Of a DNA stretch of 39,168 nt, positions 1 through 7,876 are shown one piece after another. The notes below the pieces were generated by a model. The model was not told the DNA's origin. It saw only the letters and a program-made list of their open reading frames with translations, and ran no database searches. Position 1 is the first letter of the stretch, and each line of letters starts with the position of its first letter. Made by a program: the position numbers and the translations under genes. Origin of the DNA: Bdellovibrionia bacterium (GTDB taxonomy: Bacteria > Bdellovibrionota > UBA1018); the NCBI GenBank assembly GCA_045805065.1, contig JBJMMA010000182.1, positions 1-39,168 on the forward strand, given 5' to 3'.

Positions 1-853
1 GGACGACAAATTGACCGGTCGCTACGTGCAAGCGCCACGTATTATAAAGCCACGCCGTGCGAAGATCATCATCATACAAAAGGATCTGCCCCATCTTATC
101 AATGAGCAGGCTCAAGACCCTGCGATCATCGGCGTTGCCGTGAGCAGCACCGCCAAGAACCCGGACAAGGTTTTTCGTACGATCGAAGTCCTTATCATTT
201 GGAATGAGAAGAGTTGCCTGACTCCAGAGTTCAGAGCCTGCTTCCCAGCCCGTGAAAGTGATGAAAGAGGTGATTCCGGAATGAACCAGACCGACCAACA
301 CTTTGCGTGAGGTTGCGTTCTCAAGAATCGACGTCAGGATCTGAATCGGTTTCTTGGCAAGCGCTCCCGTCAGGCCCGCGGTTGCCATGGAGCTGATGAG
401 TTGGCCGCCCGTTAAAAGATGCTCAGCCGCATCCAGCGACATTTTTTCCAGGCGTTTCGTATCAATGGGTCTGCCTTCGAGCTTTGCCCGGTGAACTTCC
501 TGCGCGACTAGCTCAACGCCCGCGAGAATCATGATCAGAACAACGGTACGCCCGGCTTCTTCCATGCCGTGCAAGGCACCTCTTGCCATTTTCTTCGCAA
601 CGGTTCTCTCCAGTGATTTTTGAAAGTCGTCGCGATTGGAGTCCTGCATAGACTGAATTCTATGAACCCAGTCGCTGCTCCCGACTCTAAGAGACTTGAG
701 CGCCGAATGAAGTCTCGATGGCGTAACGTCGGCTGGAGCAATCTCACCGGGCTCACCAGCGGCGCGTGCAACCGGCGTCAGAGCGGTGGATACAGACAGA
801 AGGAGAACCAAGGAGAATCGAAAGACGGTTTGAAACGCGTGCCTTGAGTTCAT
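1..853 (-). CDS. Hypothetical secreted/membrane protein, 3' end runs off the window (partial)
   Basis: Not in the ORF track because no stop is reached. ATG at 853 follows a GAAGGAG RBS. Frame stays open to position 2 (MNSRHAFQTVFRFSLVLLLSVSTALTPVARA...), with a signal-peptide-like N-terminus and internal hydrophobic segments. Confidence 0.8.
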   Translation of the reverse strand, partial: MNSRHAFQTVFRFSLVLLLSVSTALTPVARAAGEPGEIAPADVTPSRLHSALKSLRVGSSDWVHRIQSMQDSNRDDFQKSLERTVAKKMARGALHGMEEAGRTVVLIMILAGVELVAQEVHRAKLEGRPIDTKRLEKMSLDAAEHLLTGGQLISSMATAGLTGALAKKPIQILTSILENATSRKVLVGLVHSGITSFITFTGWEAGSELWSQATLLIPNDKDFDRTKNLVRVLGGAAHGNADDRRVLSLLIDKMGQILLYDDDLRTAWLYNTWRLHVATGQFVV

Positions 854-873
854 GGAAGCTCCTTCTGTCTGCT

Positions 874-897
874 GCTAGTAAGCTAGTAGGCTAGTAG
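874..897. repeat. 8-bp tandem repeat x3 (GCTAGTAR)
   Basis: gctagtaa-gctagtag-gctagtag between the S41 protease stop and the RBS of the next gene. Confidence 0.8.
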
Positions 898-903
898 ATT
901 GAC

Positions 904-2919
904 TTAGCGGTATTCGCCTGCGCGAATCGCACGCTCGACAGCCTTTGCTTCTTCAGATTTCGCACGTTCGCCGGTGAGCTCACCCTGGCGACGAGATGCG
1001 CGTTCATCAGCATCTTCAACCAGGGCTTTGCGTCTTTCGGCCAACGCCTTAGGTACGATTCTCTTGTCCGCGATGATTTCCTCAGCCTTGGTGAGGGCGT
1101 CCCGATACTTATCGGCCATGGTCGCGTTGACATCAAACTCGATGTCAGGCTTCACGCCGTTGTTCTCAAGATAGCTTCCGTCTTTGCGAACGATCAGGGA
1201 TTCAGTCTGACGAACCGCGAAGTGACCGTTTGGAGCCTGGTCACTGGTATGGTCGACAACATTTCCGCCGGCACCCATGGTATTGGTTCCAGCAATGACT
1301 GCCAAACCGTTGTCTTGCATGATCGCAGGGAAGATGTCACCGCAGGATGCGTTCATTTCGCTGACGAGAACCACGATCTTGTTGAAGTGCACGCCTTCAT
1401 TCGGAGGGTTCTTGTCCGTCACGATATCCGAGACGTTATAGAGACTCGAGAGGCGCTTGCCTTCGTTCTTTTCAGCGCGAAGCTTTTCATAGATTCTGCG
1501 CGCGCGTTCACGTTGCTCGTCGGAGTTCTTGTAATCGATGGCTGATTGCTGGAGCTCGAGCAGCCAGTTGTCGTTCAAGCCAAAACGCATCTCAGGTTGT
1601 TTGACTGGCTTGTCTGAGAAGGCTTGAGCAACTTTTGCGAGAAGCGAGAGCGATCCGCCTGGGTTATCGATCGTATCGACGATGACATTGGTGACGCCGA
1701 ATTGCTTGAATTTCTTCAGAGTCGCGCGGAGCTCATCGACTGCAACTTGCTCAGGGACCTGAACTTCAAATTCTGCAATTCGAACGTATCCTACGCGCTT
1801 TTTGGCGCGAACCTTACCATTGGCGTCCTTGACATCCATGGCATAGACGTAAGCTGGAAATGCTTTGGCGTCTTCAATGGAGATGGCCCCTTCAGGGATA
1901 GCGCGCTCCGTTTTAAGCTTTTCCATTCCCATCGGCGCAGTTTCCGGGCCGGACTTCTTGGTCGTCAGCTCAATTGCTGACGGAGTTTGAAGCTTGAAGG
2001 TCTGCAAGAAATCCTTCTTGCCTCCGCCTTGATAAGTTTCGATCAAATCTTTGACCGACATCGGAACGCCTCGCTGGTCCAGAATGGCCAAAGAGAGCTC
2101 GCCTCCGGTATGAGGGTCTGACACGCTCAAGGTCTTTGCATCGGTCTTTCTTGATGCATCAAACAATGCGCGCTCAAGCTTGAAGTCATACAGATCCTTT
2201 TTGATCCAAGGGAGCGTGACGGTTCTTGTTTTTCCCGTGATAGGATTCTGGACCGTAAGTTTGACGTCATCCTTTTCGGGAATCGGCAAGGTCAAGCTCA
2301 TGCGGGTAAAAAGGTTCTTCATATGAACCGTCTTATTTGCGAGATCGTTTCCGAGATTGCGATATGGAACCAGATTCTTGTCGATGTACTCAAAGAGCGG
2401 CACGCCATCGATTGCCGTGATTTTTTCGCTCACTTCGATCGGGAAGTTGCTTCGATCGATGGATGGAATGATGTCGGTCACGCGGAAGTTCTTGCCATCA
2501 CGAACGCCTGAGATACCGAGATAGGCGATCTTGGCCTGGCCAGGAACGGAGGCGGGGCTGATCGAGCCAGCGGTGTGCGCATCCTTGAACTCAGCAACGA
2601 ACTGAGCCATCACGCGGTAGAACTCATCGTTCGACTTCGTGCGCTTGGCTTTGGTCATGTAGACCTTTTGAAGTCTTTCAATGTCGTAGCCGTTGCGAGC
2701 TTCCTTGTACTCAAGCGGGGCGTAGTTGTTGCGGAAGATGGAGAAGAGCCATTGCATGTCGGCAACTTTATCTTCGGTCGTCAGCACGTGATCGGCCGCG
2801 GGATCACAGGCCACGGTCCCCAGGGCACCAGCGATGACAGTCGCGCAGACTACCAAGGATTTGAAAGATGCGTTTCTGATGAGGTTTTTCCTGATCGATC
2901 CGAAGCTGAAAATAGCCAT
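904..2919 (-). CDS. S41-family peptidase, CPAF-like, probably exported (possible lipoprotein)
   Basis: S41 motifs DNPGGS, NASCGDIFP (catalytic Ser), GAGG and LENNGVKPD (Glu), plus N-terminal FKDAH (His), matching the chlamydial CPAF layout. PDZ-like segment (ITAIDG). Hydrophobic N-terminus ending TVAC. Confidence 0.85.
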   Translation of the reverse strand: MAIFSFGSIRKNLIRNASFKSLVVCATVIAGALGTVACDPAADHVLTTEDKVADMQWLFSIFRNNYAPLEYKEARNGYDIERLQKVYMTKAKRTKSNDEFYRVMAQFVAEFKDAHTAGSISPASVPGQAKIAYLGISGVRDGKNFRVTDIIPSIDRSNFPIEVSEKITAIDGVPLFEYIDKNLVPYRNLGNDLANKTVHMKNLFTRMSLTLPIPEKDDVKLTVQNPITGKTRTVTLPWIKKDLYDFKLERALFDASRKTDAKTLSVSDPHTGGELSLAILDQRGVPMSVKDLIETYQGGGKKDFLQTFKLQTPSAIELTTKKSGPETAPMGMEKLKTERAIPEGAISIEDAKAFPAYVYAMDVKDANGKVRAKKRVGYVRIAEFEVQVPEQVAVDELRATLKKFKQFGVTNVIVDTIDNPGGSLSLLAKVAQAFSDKPVKQPEMRFGLNDNWLLELQQSAIDYKNSDEQRERARRIYEKLRAEKNEGKRLSSLYNVSDIVTDKNPPNEGVHFNKIVVLVSEMNASCGDIFPAIMQDNGLAVIAGTNTMGAGGNVVDHTSDQAPNGHFAVRQTESLIVRKDGSYLENNGVKPDIEFDVNATMADKYRDALTKAEEIIADKRIVPKALAERRKALVEDADERASRRQGELTGERAKSEEAKAVERAIRAGEYR

Positions 2920-3138
2920 ACTGATTTTTACCTACCTACTGTTGATGCTTTACCGTCAGAGTGAAGTCCCTGAATCAGCGGCCTAGCAAACCGCTGGACC
3001 CTGGTTTTACAAGGGTTGTGCCACGCGTAAACCTAAGCGATTTCTGCGGTTTAGAGGTAGGGGCGTAAGTTTGGAATTTGTGTCTGGGACGACACGTGCC
3101 TAGTCTTTAGACAGAGGCAGAAGAGAAGTAAAAGTCGA

Positions 3139-4755
3139 TCAAGCGGACCTTGCCACGGAAGGTCTGGCCTGCTTTTCGAGATCTTTTGGAATTATGACGG
3201 TGAACTGAGATCCCATGCCCGGCGAGCTGTCGACCAGGATGGTTCCGCCGTGAGAGAGCACGATTTGCTTTGCGATAAAAAGCCCAAGGCCGAGTCCAGC
3301 AGCGGAAAGTGCAGCGCCTCGTTCAAAAGGCTCAAAGATTTTTGCTCGTGTTTTGGGAGTCATGCCCGGTCCATGATCAATGATCGTGATCTCGACATTT
3401 CTTTCCCGCTCTTTAATGTGGATTTCAATGGGTTTTCCTTTGGCGTATTTCAAGGCATTGTTCAGAAGATTGGTGAGCACTTGCTCCACGCGCGACACAT
3501 CCCAAATGCATTCAGGATTGGCGTCGATACTGACGTGTAAGGGGGTTTTCGCACGCTCAAACTCAATGCGGAAGCGCTCGGTCACCGCGCGAACCACGTC
3601 TCCGGCGTGACACTTCTCCCTTTTTAGCCAAAGTAGCTGCCCCGCGCGGATAGTTGCCACATCCATGACGTTATTCACAAGACGTGTGAATCGCTCGAGC
3701 TGCTTTTCCATGCCCTGGCTGTACCTCAGCAACAAATCGACGCTGGATGCATCTCCCTTTTTAAGTCGTTCGAGCCCTTGCTGAAAAAGCTGAAACTGAA
3801 GCCTGAGTGGAGTCAAAGGGGTTCTGAGCTCGTGCGAGGCGATCGAGATAAAGCGATCGCGTTCTCCCAGGGTCTGACTGAGCTCACGGGTCTTAAGTTG
3901 CACTTGAGAGCTCAAAGCGCGGTTCCAGGCAATGCTCAGGAAAAGGACACACAGCAAAAATGCCGTCACGATCAAAGCGATCTGAACGGATCTTTGAGCA
4001 AAAGGATTTGATGGCCTGACAAACCACTTCGCGTAAAGTTCGTCGTACTTACCGCTGCTTTGAACACTCATGAGCCCTGCGTTAAGCTGGTTCAGCAAGA
4101 CATGGTTACCTGATCTCACGGCAAAACAATACTTGATGGGAAGGATGGGCGAGCCCGAGTTCAGGATGTTCGAGAGACCGAGCTTATCCCTGAGATAGGT
4201 TCCGACGGCCTGACTCACGATGGCCGCATCATAGTGGCTTTTAGAGAGGAGCTGAAGCGCTTCGGACTCGCTAGAGACCAGGACAAGGCGGGTGTCGGGC
4301 GCGTTCTCCGCAAGGTATTCATGCGCAAACGATTTGGATTCAACAATGATCGTGTGTCCTTTGAGCTCACTCAGGGAGCTAATGACAGGTGCATCCTTTC
4401 GCACAAAAAATGAGTGATTCACGATCGCAAACGGTACGCTGAAATCGTAGATCCGGTCCCGCACTGGCGAATAGAACATCGTTAAGACGTCCACATCGCG
4501 TGTTTGCAGCGCGTGTATGCGTTCGCTCCAAAGACCAAGCCGCACATGAACTGTCGCATCGAGGTTCTGTGCAATGGCATGCATGAGCTCGACGTTGAAG
4601 CCGCTCGGCCTTCCATGTGAGTCAATGAACTCATAGGGTGGGTAGGCGTAGTCGCCTCCCATAACGAATTCCGTTCTGGCTGACGCTGCGGGCAGGCTAG
4701 CCCAGGTGGCAATAGCAGCCAAAATGATAATTAGTAATGCGCGAAGTGCTGACAT
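3139..4755 (-). CDS. Sensor histidine kinase with periplasmic amino-acid-binding (SBP family 3) domain
   Basis: Signal peptide; YPPYEF...GFNVEL SBP motif; one TM helix; H-box SHELRTPL, N-box NLLNNALKY, G1 DHGPG, G2 GLGLGL. No response regulator adjacent. Confidence 0.92.
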   Translation of the reverse strand: MSALRALLIIILAAIATWASLPAASARTEFVMGGDYAYPPYEFIDSHGRPSGFNVELMHAIAQNLDATVHVRLGLWSERIHALQTRDVDVLTMFYSPVRDRIYDFSVPFAIVNHSFFVRKDAPVISSLSELKGHTIIVESKSFAHEYLAENAPDTRLVLVSSESEALQLLSKSHYDAAIVSQAVGTYLRDKLGLSNILNSGSPILPIKYCFAVRSGNHVLLNQLNAGLMSVQSSGKYDELYAKWFVRPSNPFAQRSVQIALIVTAFLLCVLFLSIAWNRALSSQVQLKTRELSQTLGERDRFISIASHELRTPLTPLRLQFQLFQQGLERLKKGDASSVDLLLRYSQGMEKQLERFTRLVNNVMDVATIRAGQLLWLKREKCHAGDVVRAVTERFRIEFERAKTPLHVSIDANPECIWDVSRVEQVLTNLLNNALKYAKGKPIEIHIKERERNVEITIIDHGPGMTPKTRAKIFEPFERGAALSAAGLGLGLFIAKQIVLSHGGTILVDSSPGMGSQFTVIIPKDLEKQARPSVARSA

Positions 4756-4799
4756 GGGTCATGCCAGCTTGTGCAAAGCTTGTGCGTACTAACGTTCTG

Positions 4800-5816
4800 T
4801 CAGGCTTTTACTTCACGTATCGGCTCACCCAGCAGCGGGATATTCTCTCGACTCAACCTCTCAACAAGCCGAATGTGGAAATCCGTTAAAGCATCTCCTG
4901 TCTTATCGGAGTCAACCACCCAGAAACCCGTGGTAATAAGCTGATTGCCATCGCTGATGCTGGCGAGCTGAACCCATCCGCCCTTTTGAGGAATCGCTGG
5001 AACGACTTGGGGATGAATCTCCTGGCAGATGCCTTTGATCTTGGCGAAAGGCACGCTCAGTGGCACGCGAAAACGAGTGGAGCAAGCACTCGCAGGTCCT
5101 TCCATCGTCATGTTGAGAATCTTGGTATTGACGAGGTCCTGGTTAGGAACGACCAGAATGTTCCCATCGCGAATATTGAGGCGCGTGCTTCGCAGGCCGA
5201 TCTCATCCACGACGCCGACAGAGCCGCCCAGGTTGATCTTGTCACCCGGACGAAGGTTGCGGTCGATGATCAGAGTAAAACCAGAGATCATATTGGACAG
5301 CGTATCCTTTGCCGCGAGACCCACGGCCAAGGATCCAACACCCAGGGCTGTGATCAAGGACATCACGTCATACCCAAAGTATTTCAACAGCATGATGCCG
5401 CCCATCATGAAAACGATGAGGGTCACCATGTTACGCATTAAAGGAACAAAGCCATGCTGGAAAGCGTCAGCGCCTCGCGGCACTTTCATTGCGCTGAAAT
5501 CAATGGCGATCATCGCGGATTGGCGGACCAGGTTCAGGAAGGCGAGGACGAAGGCCACGTAAATCACATGCTGAATCCAAAGATCAGCTTTTGGATGAAG
5601 GGGGGCAACATCCGCCGCGATCCTGAGTCCTACAGGATAAACGAGATAGGACACGGGCTTTGCTAACCGGCTCAGGAAATCGAGAGTTTTGTGATCCTTC
5701 CATCGCCGGAGAAAGGCTCCCACGGCGGCTGCCACGACAAAGGTCGCGATGACAACACTGATTGCAAGAACCCATTCTCTAAAAACCGGTAATAAATCTT
5801 CCATAAGTTCCCCCAA
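4800..5816 (-). CDS. mscS: Small-conductance mechanosensitive channel (MscS family)
   Basis: TM helices, then LGVGSLAVGLAAKDTLSNMISG, PGDKI, GVVDEIGLRST, VVPN. Confidence 0.92.
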   Translation of the reverse strand: MGELMEDLLPVFREWVLAISVVIATFVVAAAVGAFLRRWKDHKTLDFLSRLAKPVSYLVYPVGLRIAADVAPLHPKADLWIQHVIYVAFVLAFLNLVRQSAMIAIDFSAMKVPRGADAFQHGFVPLMRNMVTLIVFMMGGIMLLKYFGYDVMSLITALGVGSLAVGLAAKDTLSNMISGFTLIIDRNLRPGDKINLGGSVGVVDEIGLRSTRLNIRDGNILVVPNQDLVNTKILNMTMEGPASACSTRFRVPLSVPFAKIKGICQEIHPQVVPAIPQKGGWVQLASISDGNQLITTGFWVVDSDKTGDALTDFHIRLVERLSRENIPLLGEPIREVKA

Positions 5817-5890
5817 TCATTATCATAAAATACGATTGAAATTCCACGCTGTGAGTGCCACACTCCCGACCATTAAGCTCTGTCGTTATG

Positions 5891-5922
5891 GAGCTTGGGG
5901 AAGCTTGGGGCAGCTTTGGGGG
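5891..5922. repeat. 10-bp G-rich tandem repeat x3 (nAGCTTGGGG)
   Basis: gagcttgggg-aagcttgggg-cagctttggggg in the divergent mscS/ogt intergenic region. Confidence 0.75.
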
Positions 5923-5945
5923 AAGATAGTTTGGCTTCTGGTAAT

Positions 5946-6590
5946 ATGAACCAACTGCAGTTTCAGGTCGAACTGGGGCGCATTGCAGTGTCCTGGAATT
6001 CGTACGGGATGCTGAGCCGCATTCAGTGGATGCAGCCGACCGATTTGATCCTGACTGACGTTGAGGCAAAATCCGCAATGAATTGGGCGCCAGGTCCTAT
6101 TTTGGATCTTGTGGGTCGCCTGAAACATTATTTTGAATGCGGCCAGCCTCTGGGCAGCTTTCCTTGGGAATGGACGGATCAATCCACCTGGACGCCATTC
6201 CAATACCAAGTCTATTCTTGGATCGCCAAAATCCCGCACGGTGAGACCCGGACTTATGGTTGGGTCGCAAACCGCATCGGACGTGGAAGCGCAACGCGCG
6301 CAGTAGGTCAGGCGCTGAAGAACAATCCGCTGCCGATTTTCATTCCTTGCCATCGTGTCGTGGCGGTGAACTCTTTGGGCGGATTCATGGGTGCAACAGA
6401 CCCTGAGCAGCCAGAAGTGGCCTTCAAGAAAAAGCTACTTGCTCTGGAACAGAGCTATCTCAATCCTTCGTTCTCTTTCATGAACACATTGCTTGCCGAA
6501 AGCGCTGAAGATGCGCAAGGCCTGCAAGGTCTTCAGGGCCTCCAGGGCCTTCAAGAAGAAGAAGACGAACAAGAGATTTTTGCGGGTTAA
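5946..6590 (+). CDS. ogt: Methylated-DNA--protein-cysteine methyltransferase
   Basis: TPFQYQV, IPHGETRTYG, RAVGQA, NPLPIFIPCHRVV active site. ATG at 5946 preferred over the TTG at 5895, which lies inside a repeat. Confidence 0.92.
   Translation: MNQLQFQVELGRIAVSWNSYGMLSRIQWMQPTDLILTDVEAKSAMNWAPGPILDLVGRLKHYFECGQPLGSFPWEWTDQSTWTPFQYQVYSWIAKIPHGETRTYGWVANRIGRGSATRAVGQALKNNPLPIFIPCHRVVAVNSLGGFMGATDPEQPEVAFKKKLLALEQSYLNPSFSFMNTLLAESAEDAQGLQGLQGLQGLQEEEDEQEIFAG
6516..6551 (+). repeat. 9-bp in-frame tandem repeat x4 encoding (QGL)4 in the Ogt tail
   Basis: caaggcctg-caaggtctt-cagggcctc-cagggcctt followed by an acidic run. Confidence 0.85.
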
Positions 6591-6610
6591 TTTCCCGAGC
6601 GAGGCGGACC

Positions 6611-7876
6611 GTGGAGACGGAGTCGCGAAAATCAATAGCTCTCTCAGGACTCTTCGCTGCAAGCGTGATCGTGTCGCTTGGAACGTTCTGGTGCTTTCAG
6701 CGCGGGGCGGATGATTTCAAGGTCTTTTACGTTGCCTGGCAACATGTCATCCATGGCAATCCGATGGACATTTACCGGGTATCGCCGGATCGGTTTCTCT
6801 ACGCTCCTGGGTTTGCCTGGTTATTGGCAACACTAGGCTGGCTCCCCAGAGGGTTGTCTCTTGCGCTCTGGTGTTTTGGAAAAGCAGCTCTCGTGGGTTG
6901 GATGGTTCGTGCGTTCTCTCGAAGAACTTCAGAATCAGATTCAGTCTATGCCGCGGGCCTTGCAGCCTGGGGCGTTCTGCTTGTTGCACGTCCCATCCTC
7001 ATCGACTTTCAATACGGCCAGGTCAATCTTCTGATTTTGTCGGCATGCGTGTGGGCATTGCTTCGACACACGGACCGGAGCACATCAACAGTACCGGATT
7101 TTCTCAGTTGGATGCTTGCAGGCATCGCAGCCATCGCAAAGCTGTTCCCATTGCCACTTCTCATTGTTCCGTTTTTTGTAACATCGTTTAAAGGTCAAAA
7201 GCTTGATCCTAAAAAACTCTGGCTTGAAAGAGCAGGCCTTGCTCTAGGCGTGGCGCTTGCGGTTTTCGTTCCGGTCATCAGCGTCGGATGGAGCGGTTGG
7301 TTTGAGCTCATGCAGCAATGGCGTGGCGCCTTGATTGATCGTGGCTTTCCACTGGAGAGCCATAATCAGAGCTTTGCTGCGTTTCTTCAGCACTACGCAA
7401 GCGGGCTTCCGACTGAGATCATTGCTCAGCATCGAAGGCAGCTCTCTTTAGGCTTTGCCTTTCTATCGTCGAATTCCATTCAGCTTCTTGCTGCAGCCTG
7501 GAGCTTTTTCTTTGCTGGATCAATCCTCACCTGGATTTTGGCAAAGCCTGTTGGAATTGATCTCAGATCACAAGTTCTTCGCGAGCGCTGGATTGCAGTG
7601 ATTGTAGGACTTCTCGTGCTGCCATCGCACCTGGTATGGAAGCCCTACTTTGTCATGGGTCTTCCTGCCGCACTCATGGCGGTTCACTATTGGAATCGAC
7701 GCTGGCCCTGGCTTTTTGCGATCGGCCTTCTCATGAACTTCAGTGGCTTTGATACGCTTGGACAGGAATGGGGCGCGCGCTTTGAGGCCGCATCCATCCT
7801 GCTCTGGTGTCACCTGGCGCTTCTTTTGGCATCCTTCACCCGGTCAGATGCGATGATATCCGAGAGCAGGCCGTAA
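6611..7876 (+). CDS. GT87 (DUF2029) family integral-membrane glycosyltransferase, GT-C fold
   Basis: DFKVFY first-loop Asp motif, FLYAP, GQVN, AKLFP, NQS, about 10 hydrophobic helices. Confidence 0.82.
   Translation: METESRKSIALSGLFAASVIVSLGTFWCFQRGADDFKVFYVAWQHVIHGNPMDIYRVSPDRFLYAPGFAWLLATLGWLPRGLSLALWCFGKAALVGWMVRAFSRRTSESDSVYAAGLAAWGVLLVARPILIDFQYGQVNLLILSACVWALLRHTDRSTSTVPDFLSWMLAGIAAIAKLFPLPLLIVPFFVTSFKGQKLDPKKLWLERAGLALGVALAVFVPVISVGWSGWFELMQQWRGALIDRGFPLESHNQSFAAFLQHYASGLPTEIIAQHRRQLSLGFAFLSSNSIQLLAAAWSFFFAGSILTWILAKPVGIDLRSQVLRERWIAVIVGLLVLPSHLVWKPYFVMGLPAALMAVHYWNRRWPWLFAIGLLMNFSGFDTLGQEWGARFEAASILLWCHLALLLASFTRSDAMISESRP

Noticed and set aside
11..847. Short ORFs 11..310, 112..324, 535..771, 620..847
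   Set aside because: All overlap the longer minus-strand partial CDS (ATG 853), which has an RBS and a signal peptide.
3002..3014. 13-mer TGGTTTTACAAGG shared with 21010-21022, both intergenic
   Set aside because: Only two copies, in opposite orientation relative to their downstream genes; a 13-mer match can arise by chance in 39 kb.
5891..5922. G-quadruplex in the mscS/ogt spacer
   Set aside because: Only three strong G-tracts.
7810..7876. 67-bp convergent overlap of the GT87 and lipoprotein genes
   Set aside because: Short 3'-3' overlaps are common; no sign of function.
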